A DNA stretch of 44,743 bases, filler included, from Jimgerdemannia flammicorona (lineage: Eukaryota): the NCBI GenBank assembly GCA_003990765.1. It is 2 parts of 2 records of this genome, joined end to end, with 100 filler letters (N's around TTAATTAATTAA, not from the genome) between each part and the next. Parts side by side here need not be neighbours in the genome. Positions count along the whole stretch, not along the records: positions 1 to 22,326 come from RBNJ01001300.1; positions 22,427 to 44,743 come from RBNJ01001301.1. One strand, 5' to 3'. Below, piece by piece: positions 16,030 to 28,499 of the stretch. A model generated the notes under the pieces. That model was given only the letters and a program-made list of their open reading frames with translations, ran no database searches and was not told where the DNA came from. Both the position numbers and the translations under genes were made by a program. Position 1 is the first letter of the stretch, and every line of letters begins with the position of its first letter.

Positions 16030-17030
16030 TCTTAAGTCGGTTTCAGTGAATGGTGGTGGGGATTATTGTGCCTGAGGGTTTTCATAGCCAAAAGGTGGTT
16101 CCTTTTATATCTTGCACAAGGTAAGGTCCTTCCCACTTGAGCTCCAGTTTTCGTGACCATGAAGCTTCTACCATGTTCCGATACACCAGGACCTTATCTC
16201 CTATCTTGATAATCTCCAAGAGCTTGTGGGTCTTTTCTGCATTCCTCTATTATAGTGTCTGCGCCTTGGTTATGTAATCCTCAGCCTTCTTCCTGATTTG
16301 GTTTAGTCTCCATATTTCCATGTCCACATGTTTCCATACAGTGTCTCCATTGGATGATAGGGTTCCTTGAGAACATTCTTCTCTGAACAGCATTTCTCAA
16401 GGGGTAAAGTGGGTGCTTTGTGATCAGATATCCCAGAGAGCAGATAATGCTATTGGCAGATAGTGATCCAGTTCTTGTAGTTATCACAGATCTTGGCAAT
16501 AATATTCTTGAGAGTTTTATTGGTTCTTTCTACTTGTCCATTTCCTTGGGGGTGATAGGCTGTGGTCCGAATGTGCTGGATCTTGTACTTCTTGTAGAGA
16601 ACCTCAAAGAGCTGGTTCATGAATTCTGTTCCTCTGTCTGTAGTTACTTGTGTTGGGGTCTTGAACCGGCAGATGATTTCCTTATGGAAGAAATTGGCAA
16701 TTGACTGTACATTGGCTTCCTTGAGAGGTCCTGCTTCTATCCACTTTGTAAAAAGGTCTACAATGACAATGATGTATCGGTTACCAGTCAGGGTCAAGGG
16801 TAGAGGGCCAATTACATCCATTGCTATATAGGCAAATGGTACTGGTTCTATGTGTGCTGATCCTGGGGCTTGATTCCATTGGTCTTGTTTCTGTTTCTGG
16901 CATTTGTCGCATGTTTTGACGAATTGTCTGATATCTTCCTCCATCCCTGGCCACCATATTGTTCTTCTTGCCTTGTCATGTGTATTCATTCCTCCTAGAT
17001 GGCCAAGTTCATGTACTGATTTCATCGCTT
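16030..17030 (-). pseudogene. integrase without chromodomain, element 2
   Basis: VHELGHLGG...CDKC, MDVIGPLP, TTDRGTEF, YHPQGNGQVERTN, KWEGPY tail. Confidence 0.93.
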
Positions 17031-17239
17031 GCTCCTTCTTGTGTTCTGGTATGACTAGTAGTTTTCCTTTCTTCAGGTTTCTCCATCAGTTTCGAATTGT
17101 TTCCATGTCCTGTTGATAATCATTTGTGTCTATTCTTCCAGATGTTGGGGCATCTTTCGCTGTCCCAGGTATGTGATGATTCTGTAGTAGAGCTCCTTAT
17201 TCATGATTGATTTGTTGGTTGGAGGTAGTTCAAGGTGTC

Positions 17240-18422
17240 CATGAGAGAGCATCTGCATTGGAATTTGTTCTTCCAGGGCAGTGCATGATGGTTACATCAT
17301 AGGCTTATATGTAACTTCATTATCCATCTGGCATAGATTCCCTTGGGTTGTCCGGTTGTCAGTAGCCAGATGAGAGCTGAGTGGTCCATCTGGATGGTGA
17401 AGTGTCTTCCGGCCAGATAGTAGTGGAACTTTTCCACAGCCCAGATGACTGCAAGGCATTCCAACTTGTAGGACTCATATTCTTTTTCAGCCCCTTGGGT
17501 TCCATGGCTAAGATATGCAATGACATACTCTTTTTTGTCTTCTTTTTGAGCCAGGACTGCTCCTAGTCCCTGTGTACTTGCATCCATCTGAAGGATAAAT
17601 TCTTGGGTCCAATTGGGTCATCTGAGGATGGGTGCCTGAGTTAGTCTGACCTTGAGTTCGTCAAATGCTTTTTGTTATCTGCCAGTCTACTGGAACTTGG
17701 TATCCTTCTTGTTGAGTTTTTAGATTAGACCTGCAATGTTGGAGAATGCGATAGTAGGAGGCAAGTCCCATGAAGGCTTGGGCTTCTGTGACAGTAGTGG
17801 GCCTTGGGTATACTGCTACTGCTTGTATTTTGAGGGGGTCCGTGTGTGTTCCATCTCGGTTGATGATATGGCCAAGATAGAAGATCTTGATTTCCGCAAA
17901 CTTGCACTTCTTGGGTTTGATATAAAGGCTATGTTGTCTTAGTTTCTCCATTATCTGCTGTATATGCTGCAGATGTTCCTCAGGTGTCTTGCTGTAGATG
18001 ATTACATCATTGACATAGACCATCATCCATCTTCCCATGTCATAGTGGAAGATTTTGTTCATCATTTGCTGGAAGCTTGCTGGTGCATTGCACATTCCAA
18101 ATGGCATTCGTAGGTAGATGTAGGTTCTGTCTGGGGTGATGAAGGCTGACTTTTCACTTGCCATTTCTGTGAGTCCGATTTGGTGGAATCCTGAGTATAA
18201 GTCCAAGGTGCTGTAGTACTGTACTTCATCTCCCAGTATTATAAGGATGTCACTGATGAGCGGCAGTGGTTGGCGATCCTTCTTGGTGACTGCATTGAGC
18301 TTTCTGTAGTCGACACAGAGCCTCGGGGCAAATTCTCCAGGTTTGCTTCCTTTTTTTGGGGCTAGTACAACTGGTGAAGACCAGGGGCTACTGGCTTCTT
18401 TGATGATGCTGGCTTCTTCCAT
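17240..18422 (-). pseudogene. reverse transcriptase and RNase H, element 2
   Basis: SPWSSPVVL, CVDYRKLN, MPFGMCNAPASFQ, YVNDV (decayed YVDD), DASTQGLGAVL, LECLAVIWA. Confidence 0.93.
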
Positions 18423-18707
18423 CTGCTTGATTTCTTCTCTGAGCCATTCTCAGTAGGCTGGCGGGACAGGTCTTGCCTTCTGGTAAATTGGTTCAGTGTC
18501 TCTGGTATCTACCTCATGATAGTAGTGTGGGGTCTTTTCCTTGATATCCTTGAAATCCATAGTAAGGATATCCTCAAATTTGTGGAGTATTTTCTTGAGT
18601 TCCTCCTTAAGTGGGAATTCATCTCCAATGGTGTAACTGTGCTTGCTCATGTTTTCCTCCTTCTTATGCTCGAGTTCGGTGATCTTGGTGCTGGCAAATA
18701 CTCCTCT

Positions 18708-19124
18708 TCCTGTGGATCTGAATTCTTTCTTTTCTCTTTTCGTTTCCTCCAGATTCTTGACTTCTATGATCCTTGGCTGTATGATTGGAAAGATCAACAT
18801 CTGTGCCAATTGGTCCTTCTTCTTGACTGGGAATAGAATTGTAGGATTGTGGTTCCTAGCAATGAGTAGAATTTCTCCAGTATAGTCTGAATCAATGACT
18901 CCTCCTTCGATTGTAATTTCGCTTCTAGCCAGGCTGCTTCTTGTCTTGAGAATCTCGACATGATCCTTTGGGATGGTCATCTCTAGTCCAGTTGTGAGTA
19001 GGGTGGTTGTCTGGGGTTCCAGTACAGTTTCTTCTACTGTAGCAATGTCCATTCCAGCTGCATTTTCTGACTTATATTCTGGCAAGACTGCATCAGGGTG
19101 GATTTTTCGAATCTTGACCTTGAT
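18708..19124 (-). pseudogene. dut: dUTPase between protease and RT, element 2
   Basis: AAGMDI, RSSLA, GVIDSDYTGE, KDQLAQ, REKKEFRSTG (motif 5 with G>A decay). Confidence 0.93.
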
Positions 19125-19459
19125 TTCTTCTTCATCATCACTGTCCTCCAGGAGGGCTGGTGGTTCATTGTCTTCCTCCTTCTCTTCCTCCCTGATCTGT
19201 TTTTCAAGAGCTTTCTGCCTCCTTTCCTGGTAGATCTTCTTGGTTCTGATGGTGCACTGGTAGCAATCGTTGACATGCTCCATACAGTACATCTTGATTC
19301 CATGAGGACAGACTCCTTGTGGGGTATAGCCTTCTGCAATCTTTTTGCACCATTCTTCTTCACTCATCCATCCGACTTTCTTCTTCTTTGGGGTAGTCAC
19401 CATATAAGCTTCCTCTTGCTTGCTCTCTTCTTCCTCCATATCGGGCAGGACTCCTTTGT

Positions 19460-19830
19460 TGACGTTGATGGGAATTTGTATCTTCTGTCCCCAGTAGGTG
19501 ATTTGCATCTTCTGGGCATTGAGATCGATTACCGCCTTGGCTTTGTGAAGCCATTGATTGCCGATGAGGATGTCATAGTTAGTGGCATTGGTTATGATTA
19601 TATCTACTGGGATTGTTGCTCCTCCGATCTTGATGGGAACATCTCGAATCTTTCCCAGAGGTGTGGCTCTTGTGCCATTGGCTGTGACGAATACTAGCTT
19701 AGTTGCTTCTTCCACATCCCAACCTAGGCAGTCTGCTGCCTTCTTACTGAGGAGACATCCTCCTGCTCCTGTGTCAATGATGGCTTCAAAGACTCGATCC
19801 TCAATTTGGCATGTTGCATAAGTAGAGGTT
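19460..19830 (-). pseudogene. aspartic protease, element 2
   Basis: IIDTGA and DILIGNQWL. Confidence 0.92.
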
Positions 19831-19899
19831 TTGCAATTGTCCTCAATTTCTTCTCCTGAGTCCTCTTGAACATTATTGGCCTTGGTTATCTTCCATCCT

Positions 19900-21180
19900 T
19901 GTTCCTTGGTTGTTTCAGCAAGTCCAAACCTCATTTGCTGTCTGAATGTTGGGATTTCTGCAAGCTGACCAAAGGTTGCATTGACCTTTTATTGGCTGAG
20001 ATCCTTGAAGATATCATACTTGAAGGTCTTGGTCTTGCAAAGCTTCATTTCTTTTTCTCCTTCACTGGCTGGAGTGGTTCCTCAGATGATATCTTGAACT
20101 GCTTACTCCAGCTCAATATCCTGGTTCATCTCTTCAGCTTGGCTTTCTGTGTCAGTTTCCATCTGCTTTTCTACTGGGTTCTTCTTGGGTCTTCCTGGTG
20201 GTCTCTTGTAGGGTTCTTTGCGAACATCCTTCTTAGTGGTCTGAGCAGGATAGGCCTCCCATTCTTCTTCATCAGATTCTCCAATTTCTTCAAAGGTGAT
20301 TGTATTGGCCTGCTCCTTGTTTCATGTGGCATTGCTTGGTTGAGCCTTGCATTTGGTTTCACTCATACATTCATAGGAGTAGTGGCCTTCTTCTCTGCAG
20401 CTGTAGCAGGTATCTTTCTTCTTGTCTGAGGTGGTGGCAAACTTCTGAACAGGGCAGTGATCTCTTCCTCAGATTTCCTTTACCACATCTTCCAGGTGGG
20501 CAGTCATTTCAGCAAACCTTTTGGTGAGTTCCTCCATAGGGTCACTGTTCTTTTGCTGCTCTGTAGCTTTTGGCTGAGGTGTGTTTTGATTGATCATTGT
20601 GGTGGGGATCACACTGGTTGCCTTGGGTGCCTCGATTCTGACTCCTGTAACTCTTTCCATTGTATGGTCTTGTGGGTGTCTGGCTATCCAGTATCGCTGA
20701 GCATAGATGACCCTCTGTGGCAGATCCAGAATCACTGGTGATGAGCAGATGGCCATGACTATTTCTGGATGGACTTCTTTCATGAAGGTTGCTTCAGCTA
20801 CTTGATCTCGGGTAGCAGCCACATAATCTGCAAGGATTATCTGATATCGAATTCTGGTATAGAATGTGTTTGGATCCTCGCTCATTCCTTGGCATATTGT
20901 GTTGAGCTGATCCTTCAGGGCTTGCTTAATCTCATCTGTATATGTATTTCAGAGCCAGGTCTTCTGTGCTGTCAGTACAGCATCGGCATCATTTCCTGCA
21001 TGGGTTGCGGCTGTGAATACTGCTCTGGCAGGACCTCGTAGGCTGAAGGGCATGAGGGCTACTTGCTGTGCTGCTGTCAGGGTTCTTACAGCAGCATACT
21101 GCTCGAAATCATCAATGAAGGTGATGATTGATTCATCTGAGGTATATCCGTGGAATACTGGTGGTCTCATATCCATCTTG
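19900..21180 (-). pseudogene. Gag with CCHC knuckle, element 2
   Basis: PPVFHG...LRGPA capsid-like region; CYSCREEGHYSYEC near 20365-20410. Confidence 0.85.
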
Positions 21181-21290
21181 TCTGGGTATTGGGGCTCAGT
21201 TTGTATGGTTGTTCAGGTAATGGTGGTTGTTCATTGTTCAGCTTGAAAGTGAGGGATTCATCTTGAATAACCAGCCAATGGGTACCAAGT

Positions 21291-21726
21291 TGTAATGTAG
21301 CAGATGCTTACTCTTGAAAGTACATCAGATTTCTGTATCTTGAAAACTTGACTGTTCTGACTCTCGCAGAGTCTCTTGAAGTTGCAGGGGAGGGTGGGTA
21401 AGTTCGAAGTGTATCTGCCCACAGGCTTACTAGTTCTTTTGCTATCTCTTTGCTTTTGAACTATTTCGATCTGAGGTTTATTCACTCAAAGATACTGGGT
21501 TATTTATACAAGTTTGCTAGCTATGAGAGGGTGGCTAAGTAATATATGAGTCATTTGGACTTTGTTGAAACATTTGGACAATGTCGAAACATTTAGACAA
21601 TGTCTAAGGATTTAGACAATGTCGAAATTAAGGACTGCTAACTATAATACTATACTACTTTGGGAATGGGTGCGATCAAGTGTCTATTCTCTATTTCCTT
21701 CTTCCGAATTTGGCTGTACCATCACA
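21291..21726 (-). repeat. 5' LTR of element 2 (436 bp)
   Basis: Direct repeat of 15047-15524, followed on the minus strand by the PBS at 21271-21287. Confidence 0.93.
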
Positions 21727-21730
21727 TTAG

Positions 21731-22240
21731 TCTTATATTGTCTAAAGAATTCAATGAGGATATTGATTCTTAAGGAGAGAGAGATGTAATAATTTTACAA
21801 TTATATTCTAGTCTTAGTACTTTTTTACATCTTTTTTCTTAGGGTTTTCTTATTTTTTTCTTGAATATTCTACTATGTTTCAGTACTTTCCAAATATTTA
21901 GAAATCTTCTCTTAGTACTAAGACATTACTAGAACATTCTTATATTTTCTCAGCATTAAGTATCTTGTCATAGAACCTTTAGAACATTGTAGAATTCTAT
22001 TAGTCATTATTGCTGAAAATCTATTACTTGGCTTTTCTCTTCTTTTCTCTAATTTTATTAGATCTTTCTTTCAGATTCTATATAAATATCCTTATTCTCT
22101 ACTTAAATAAAGCTCAGAATATTTTCTTCCAGAACTTTCTCAAGAATACTTAAATCTATAAGTATCTCTTTGAACTACTTTAGATCTATTAGAATTATCA
22201 GATTTTGCCACTTCTTTTTAAAGAAACCAGAACCATTACA
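21731..22240 (+). mobile_element. element 3 3' remainder: PPT (taaggagagagaga) and 3' LTR 21785-22240
   Basis: gaattcaatgaggat...gattcttaaggag matches the element 1 pre-PPT sequence; the LTR is similar to the reverse complement of the element 1 LTR and ends ...ttaca. Confidence 0.88.
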
Positions 22241-22326
22241 TTAGCTCTTAAATTATTTCTTAAACTTTCTTCTCCATTTCAAACCAAAGACTTTCTTATC
22301 AGAAGTAGAGTATTCATGAACATCTC

Positions 22327-22426
22327 NNNNNNNNNNNNNNNNNNNNNNNNNNNNNNNNNNNNNNNNNNNNTTAATTAATTAANNNNNNNNNNNNNNNNNN
22401 NNNNNNNNNNNNNNNNNNNNNNNNNN
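22327..22426. other. artificial contig-joining spacer
   Basis: Exactly N44 + TTAATTAATTAA (stops in all six frames) + N44. Confidence 0.97.
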
Positions 22427-25400
22427 CCCCCACCCCCCCTCTCCACCTCTTCTCAATAAAAGACTACTTTGTTAAATACCATCTCCACCCACCCACTACT
22501 CTGGCCACAGATCTCTCCTATCAGATGGTGACATTGCCCACTTTGGGGACCACAACCAACCCACCACCCAGTCAGTAGATCTCTCAACAACTCCTCCCAC
22601 CTCAAAAACTTCTCCTATATTCTTATCTATTACCCTTCCTCAAAAACAAAGAGCCAATATCCAGCCAACCTAACCCACACTGCTATAACCCACCCTATAG
22701 TGAGCAACTCATTACCAACACCCTCCACTAGTCTAGATTTCAAATCCTCTCAGTGATCTCTCTCTCTATTCAGCCTTCTTTCTATACCCAGCTAGTCCCC
22801 TATAGCTATCCAAAAGTCCCCCAAAACCTCACACTCTCTCAGCCAATGTTCTGGCATCTGCACAAATCCCCCAGCTTGTTCTACATTATAACACTCCTTA
22901 CAATCCAGTTGGCCACCATCCACCAGATACCCAGCACAGAAATTTAGCATAATATTCCTCCACAATATTCACCACTATACTACTCAGAACTTGGGAGAAA
23001 GCCACCTCTGCACCTTCACACTTTAGGACCAGATTTCTGCCCAGTCCCACTCCTCACCAATCCTTACTGTCTGCCAACTACTCAGCCAAAGATTCTGGCC
23101 AAGTCTCTGCTGACACTCCACTCTATTACCAATATCAAACTCAGCAAGTGGAACCCCCCCTAGAAGCAGTCAGTCTCATTACCACATAGCAGGGCCCCTC
23201 ACCTCCTCTCCCTTATTGCCTCACCAGCACAGGCCTATCTGGTGTGCTCCATTTACCACCCCCCACCAGAAGCCCTTATATCTTAGCCATTGGCTTCCAT
23301 TCAGATCCACCAGAGAGAGCAAATCTCCTGAGGACCCCTGAGGGGAGAATCTCATCTCTCACACCTTTTGCATCAGCAGTACCCAACCTTCTCCCTGTAG
23401 TTTAATAGCCCTTTTCAACCACCAAGCTTGTAGACAATATAACTGCTTAGGGAAATCTACAAGGCCTAGGCCTCTCCTAGTTACTGACTCTACAAGGGTA
23501 TCCCAATGGATCTGGGACCTTCTTCTTGTCCAAATCCAATCTCTAGCCAGTTTCATTAGCCTCTTCACCACTCAGGCCAGAAAGTCTAAGTGATATACCA
23601 CATACCATAGCTTGGGGAACCAGTAAATATTCAGGATCAACACCCACCCTACCAGGGAGATGTGATAACCCCTCTAACTTTGTAGAGCCTCCCCCCAAAT
23701 AGCCACCCTCCTCTCCCACCAAACTCATGGTAAGACCAATCTATATATGGAAAGAAAGATACTGAGATACCACACCACCTCTCCTGTGGGGACAATTATT
23801 CCAATGACATCCCCTTCCACTAGCCCATTCCCCAGCACCATTGTCTCACACTTATGCTAGTTGAGTTTTGCCTCAGAGCATTCCACTGTTTCCTTAAGTG
23901 CTCCAATATCTGCCACTGATCTAAGTCCAACTACTATATCATCTATAAAGACCCCCACCTTCTATACCACACCATATATAGAGAGCCTGACTATCTTCTG
24001 ATGGATCCTATCCATCAAAGGTTCTAGTAAAAGAGTGTAGAGGATAGAAGACAGTGGGTCTCCTTAAGGAACTCCTCTCCCCAAGGGAAAAGCCAAACCC
24101 CTGTACCCATTATACATCAGTACTGCCCTACTACCCTCTAACAAATTCAACATAAAAGTCTGAAACTATAGTAGAACACCAATTCTGCCCAGTATCTCAC
24201 TCAGCCATATCTGCTGAACACAGTTATAGGCCTTCTTCTGATCCAAAAAGACCAGTCTACTATTTAGTCTACAAGTCCAGACCTCTTTGATAATATCATA
24301 CACTCAGACAGTCCCATCTCTGATAAGTCTATCTCCTACAAAGCCCTGCTGCTCCTCACCCAGAATCTGTTGAGCAACCTTCTATAGCCTCACAACAATT
24401 ACCTTGGTCACCAACTTCCAATCCATATCCAAAAGTATAATTGGTCTCCAGTTCTTCCAGTCCTCTACCTGCTCTTGTCTTTGTACAATAAGGCCACCAA
24501 CTCTAAGTCCTGCTCTCCAACCCACTCACCATTCAGAAGAACATAGTCACAGAGGGTAGTCATCTCTTCTAACACTCCAGGGACCTTCGCCATCTTCTTC
24601 CAGAAGTTCCAAAATAACCCATCCTCCTCTGGCACTATCCCAAGCTTAGTTGCCACAAGGACTCCCTGAATCTCCTCCTCTCGGATTGGTAAGATCAAGT
24701 CACTCAATCTCTCTACCTGTGGTGGCTCTCACTCCTCCAGTGTATCTCTAATTGTCTCCTCATCAGCACCCCCTTCTTCCTCACTCCACAGATCCCACTA
24801 TCTCTTCTTCAAAACCCCCAAGACTAGTTACATACTATGCACTATATTCCTCTTGACATCCAAGACTCCTTCCCACCTATGCCACACTCTCCTAGCTTTG
24901 AGAAGCCTAGACAAGTACCTAGTAGGCTGCTCCCCCTCCTCAAGCCCCTGCCACTGCAGCCTGATAGCCATTCCTCACATATGAGCCTCTTTCTCCTCTC
25001 TCAATATCTGTTACAGTTCCACTACCTTCAATTTTGCCTGCTCTAACCTCCAATCCACCATCTTATCAGAAGTAAGCAAATCAGCCCATTCTATCTGCAA
25101 TCTCATCAGCCTATTTGAAGTATACCATATATGCTTTCTCTTTCTTCTCCCAGCCTCTCTACCAGCTCCTCTCCAATAGATCCTTGCAGTCTCTTTTAAC
25201 CTCATCCAACAGACACCTACAGATAAACCCTTATGCCTCTAGATAGGAACCTTCTCCTGAATGTTCTCTACCTATAAGTCCCACAATCCCTTCTCAGCCA
25301 GCAGGGAGGAGTTAAGGCACCAATGTCTGGGTCTATCTTCACTCCCTCCAAACTGCCCCTGCTCTAATAGTTCTCAGTAATCCGACTACAGGCACCACTC

Positions 25401-28143
25401 TACCTCTAAAGTCTTCCAAACATCAATACCCCAACAGTCTGCCATCAGAATCCAGTCAATTCTCATACCTAAGCCATTCACCCAATGTATGTAGACTCTG
25501 GTGTCACCCCACCAAGATCTGCCCCCATTCCCTAAGGAGCTAAGATTCTCCACCTCCTCCCACACATCCAGACCACCACTTCTCTCACCTGCATTCCTTC
25601 CTCCATCAGTTCTATCTAGTCATAGATCCCAAACCATATTAAAATCACTGCCAAGAACATTGATGCCTTTCTCCAAGAGAATACCCTCCTCCATCAGCTC
25701 CTTAATCCATACAATCCTCTCACTCCTAACTGCAGGGCAGTAGCAGGAGCCAACCTTCACTGATTCCCACCCTGGCTAATGCCATTCTCCCCAGACCAAG
25801 TGATCACCCCAGCTCCTGATTCTCCCCAAGTCTCCTCTATCCTTCTTCACCAAAATCACCACTTTGCCAAACCAAGCAGTAGCCCCACCCCATTCCCTAG
25901 TCTACTCCACCCAATCATCCTCATCCTCACACTGTACATCCTGTAGTAAAAAGAGATCAACCTCCAATCCTTTGAGCTAAGTGAAAATGTTCTTATGCTG
26001 CCCAGATTCCCATAACCCATTCACATTCAGAGAGAAAATATTAGTTGTACTATTTATAAGAAATAATGTTATTTATTGAACTCATCTTCTACAAATCCAC
26101 ATTCAACTCCTCCTGTGCCAAGTCCAATTTGTGCTCTGCAGCTAGTCCCTTCTCTTCAGCTTCCTGTGCTGCCAACCCTCCCAGAAGTTCAGCCATCACC
26201 CCATCCTCTTTCTCCTCAAAGTCCTCATAATACTCCAGACAGGCCTCCTGCCAGAGCTGCAAACCATGATGCTCTGCCCAACAATAGGCAGCCTGCTCAC
26301 CAGCAACAACTGCCAGCTCCACCTCTCTCACCTTATCAACCTCATACCCCTCCTCCTTTATGAAAATTACAAGAATCTCCACCTTCAGTACCTCCACCAC
26401 CCCATCTCCATACAGAATCCATACCCAATGCTCCTCAGGCATCCCACGCAGGTCCACTTCTCCCAACTCTTCTGCCATAAGATTATCCATCACCACAGCA
26501 GGTTCCCTACCTCCTTCCCTCCAGGAGTCCCTGGCCACCCTGCATCCAGTATCATGGTATCTGCTCCTATACTGGTAACCTTATCCCACTTCTCCTCAGG
26601 GACATCCACCAGCTCATCCTTGCCAACCACCACCACCTGGCCCCCTTTTGCCACATTGGATACCCCAAAGTGTACTCTCTGGGCCCCCTGCATCAGTATA
26701 TCCTCTGCTGCCCCTCTCTTTCCTACTGGGCCCCTCCTGATAAGAGGTGGGGGGGTGCCATCTAACTCCTGCTCCCAGACCTCAAATGTACCATCTGTAT
26801 AGGGGTCCTTACTTAGTACCTTCCCAGCCCCTTCCTCATTTGCCACTACCTCCCCTCCTCCTTTACTAGCCCAGATGCTGGCTTCAATGCCTCCAGCCTC
26901 CTCAGCCCTATCTACCTTCTTCTTTGCCCCTCCTTTCATACTTGCTAAGAGCTTCCTCTACCTCTTGCACCCCTGGGCCTGCTCTCACTGCCTCTTATCA
27001 GTATGGATATGCTTCCCCTCCATAATCTCCAAGTGTGTTGACTCTACATATTTCTTCCAGGCTCTTGCCCTCTGCTCAACTGCTCCACTCATCTCTTCCA
27101 GTGCCTCTAGTAGATCCTCCTCCTCCTTCTTACTCCCTTTCACCCTTGATACTCAACAGCTGAAAACCCCCCAAAGCATTACTGCTGGCCAGTGACTTAT
27201 CTTCTCAGTGGTCTCTTTCACTGCTAGTTGAATCCTTACATCAACATCCTTAGTCCTGATGGTGGTCCCCTCCCAAATCTGAAAACCAATATCAACTATC
27301 TCACCATACTCAGCCATCACCTCCTCAATCCTCCTCCTTGTCTCAACTGCCATCACCATCAGTACTCTCTTCACCAGCAGCTGGACCACTCTAGGGTCCC
27401 ACCTCAGACAACATACCATAGAGACCACTACCTCTCCAACTACTACTCCAGCCTTCAGAGTCTCATCCAGCATACCTGCCTCCTCAAAACCCACTTCAAT
27501 CTCCTCCAGCCCCTTCAGAAACTTCACCAAGGCAGCCCCAGGACCATCCTTGTCATCACCACCAAGCCCTGGAAGCACAAGGTTGCCGCATACTCTGAAA
27601 TCAACTTCTTGAGTAATGGTGCCACCACCAGCCCTGTCACACCATCAGCCAGGTCCCCCTTCTGCATTGGGAACCCCTGCTCTACTCCACCATCAGCTGT
27701 CACATCTCTCTTTTTTTCCTGATTCCCCATCACACTTTCATCAGTAGTCTCACTCCCAGTCACAGTGTCTCCAGTACCTATGCTCACATCTCCCACCAGT
27801 ACCTCCCCCCCTTCCTAGGCTCACCTTGTCCTTCCTTTCAGCAGCACTAGCCCTAGATTCAACTGGCCACCCACTCTCCTTCACCTTATCTGCAAAGTTT
27901 GGGAGGCCAGGCCTTCCCCTATTACCACCAGACACTGGTCCACCTCCAGAGCCCTCACCACCCTTCAACCCTCCAAAGGCCCCCATCCCCAGACCATAAC
28001 CCCTCCCTACATTCTGCCAGCCAAAAGCCCCAGGTCCACCCGACCCAGCATACCTGTCAGAACTCTTGCTTGATGATATTTTTATAATACCTTTTCTTCA
28101 AGTTATGTCAAAAATCATTGCTTGAAGTTGGTATAATGTGAAT
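22427..28143 (-). mobile_element. LINE-D, near full-length L1/Tx1-like element (ORF1 ~27990-26089, ORF2 from ~26057), 3' end cut by the spacer
   Basis: ORF1 YGEIVDIGFQ RRM-like segment; ORF2 IFSLNVNGL, LLQDV, GSDFN, WRPIILLD, FLDQKKAY. Inverted homolog of 39047-44743. Confidence 0.93.
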
Positions 28144-28499
28144 TATATGTCTGAGTCAATATCTTTGCCTAGATTACAAACTGTTTTTTTAATCTCAAGT
28201 TGATTGACATAGTTATGAATCTTATTAATCATCCCAAGCCATTTTATATATATATTTTTTATATTTTTTTTTATTGAAAGTTCTTGATAAGACATCAGGC
28301 TAGATAATATAATTCAGTTATAATTATATAAAGAAATAAGTATATACTAAATAAGTATATGCTGATAAACATAAATCTATAAACTTGAAAATATACTCAC
28401 AAATGTATAAATAATAGTAACTATATAATGGTTATATATTTATCTTTTTGAAATATATTTATAAACCAAGATTTCTATTTAAAGAATATAAAATAGAGC

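Larger units (their letters stand above)
15047..21726 (-). mobile_element. Element 2: full-length non-chromoviral Ty3/gypsy, gag-PR-dUTPase-RT-RH-IN-extra ORF, inserted in the element 3 3' UTR
   Basis: LTRs 15047-15524 and 21291-21726; 4-bp TSD ttag; PPT caggaggaagt; PBS tggtacccattggctgg; domain motifs visible. Confidence 0.95.

Noticed and set aside
19098..20429. long plus-strand ORFs (199 and 187 aa) and similar antisense ORFs over the LINEs
   Set aside because: Shadow frames opposite biased coding sequence; low complexity and no motifs.
22241..22326. flank after the element 3 LTR
   Set aside because: 86 nt with no recognisable feature.
22327..22426. TTAATTAATTAA palindrome inside Ns as a biological site
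   Set aside because: Symmetric 100-nt six-frame-stop linker; an assembly artefact. No linkage across it is assumed.
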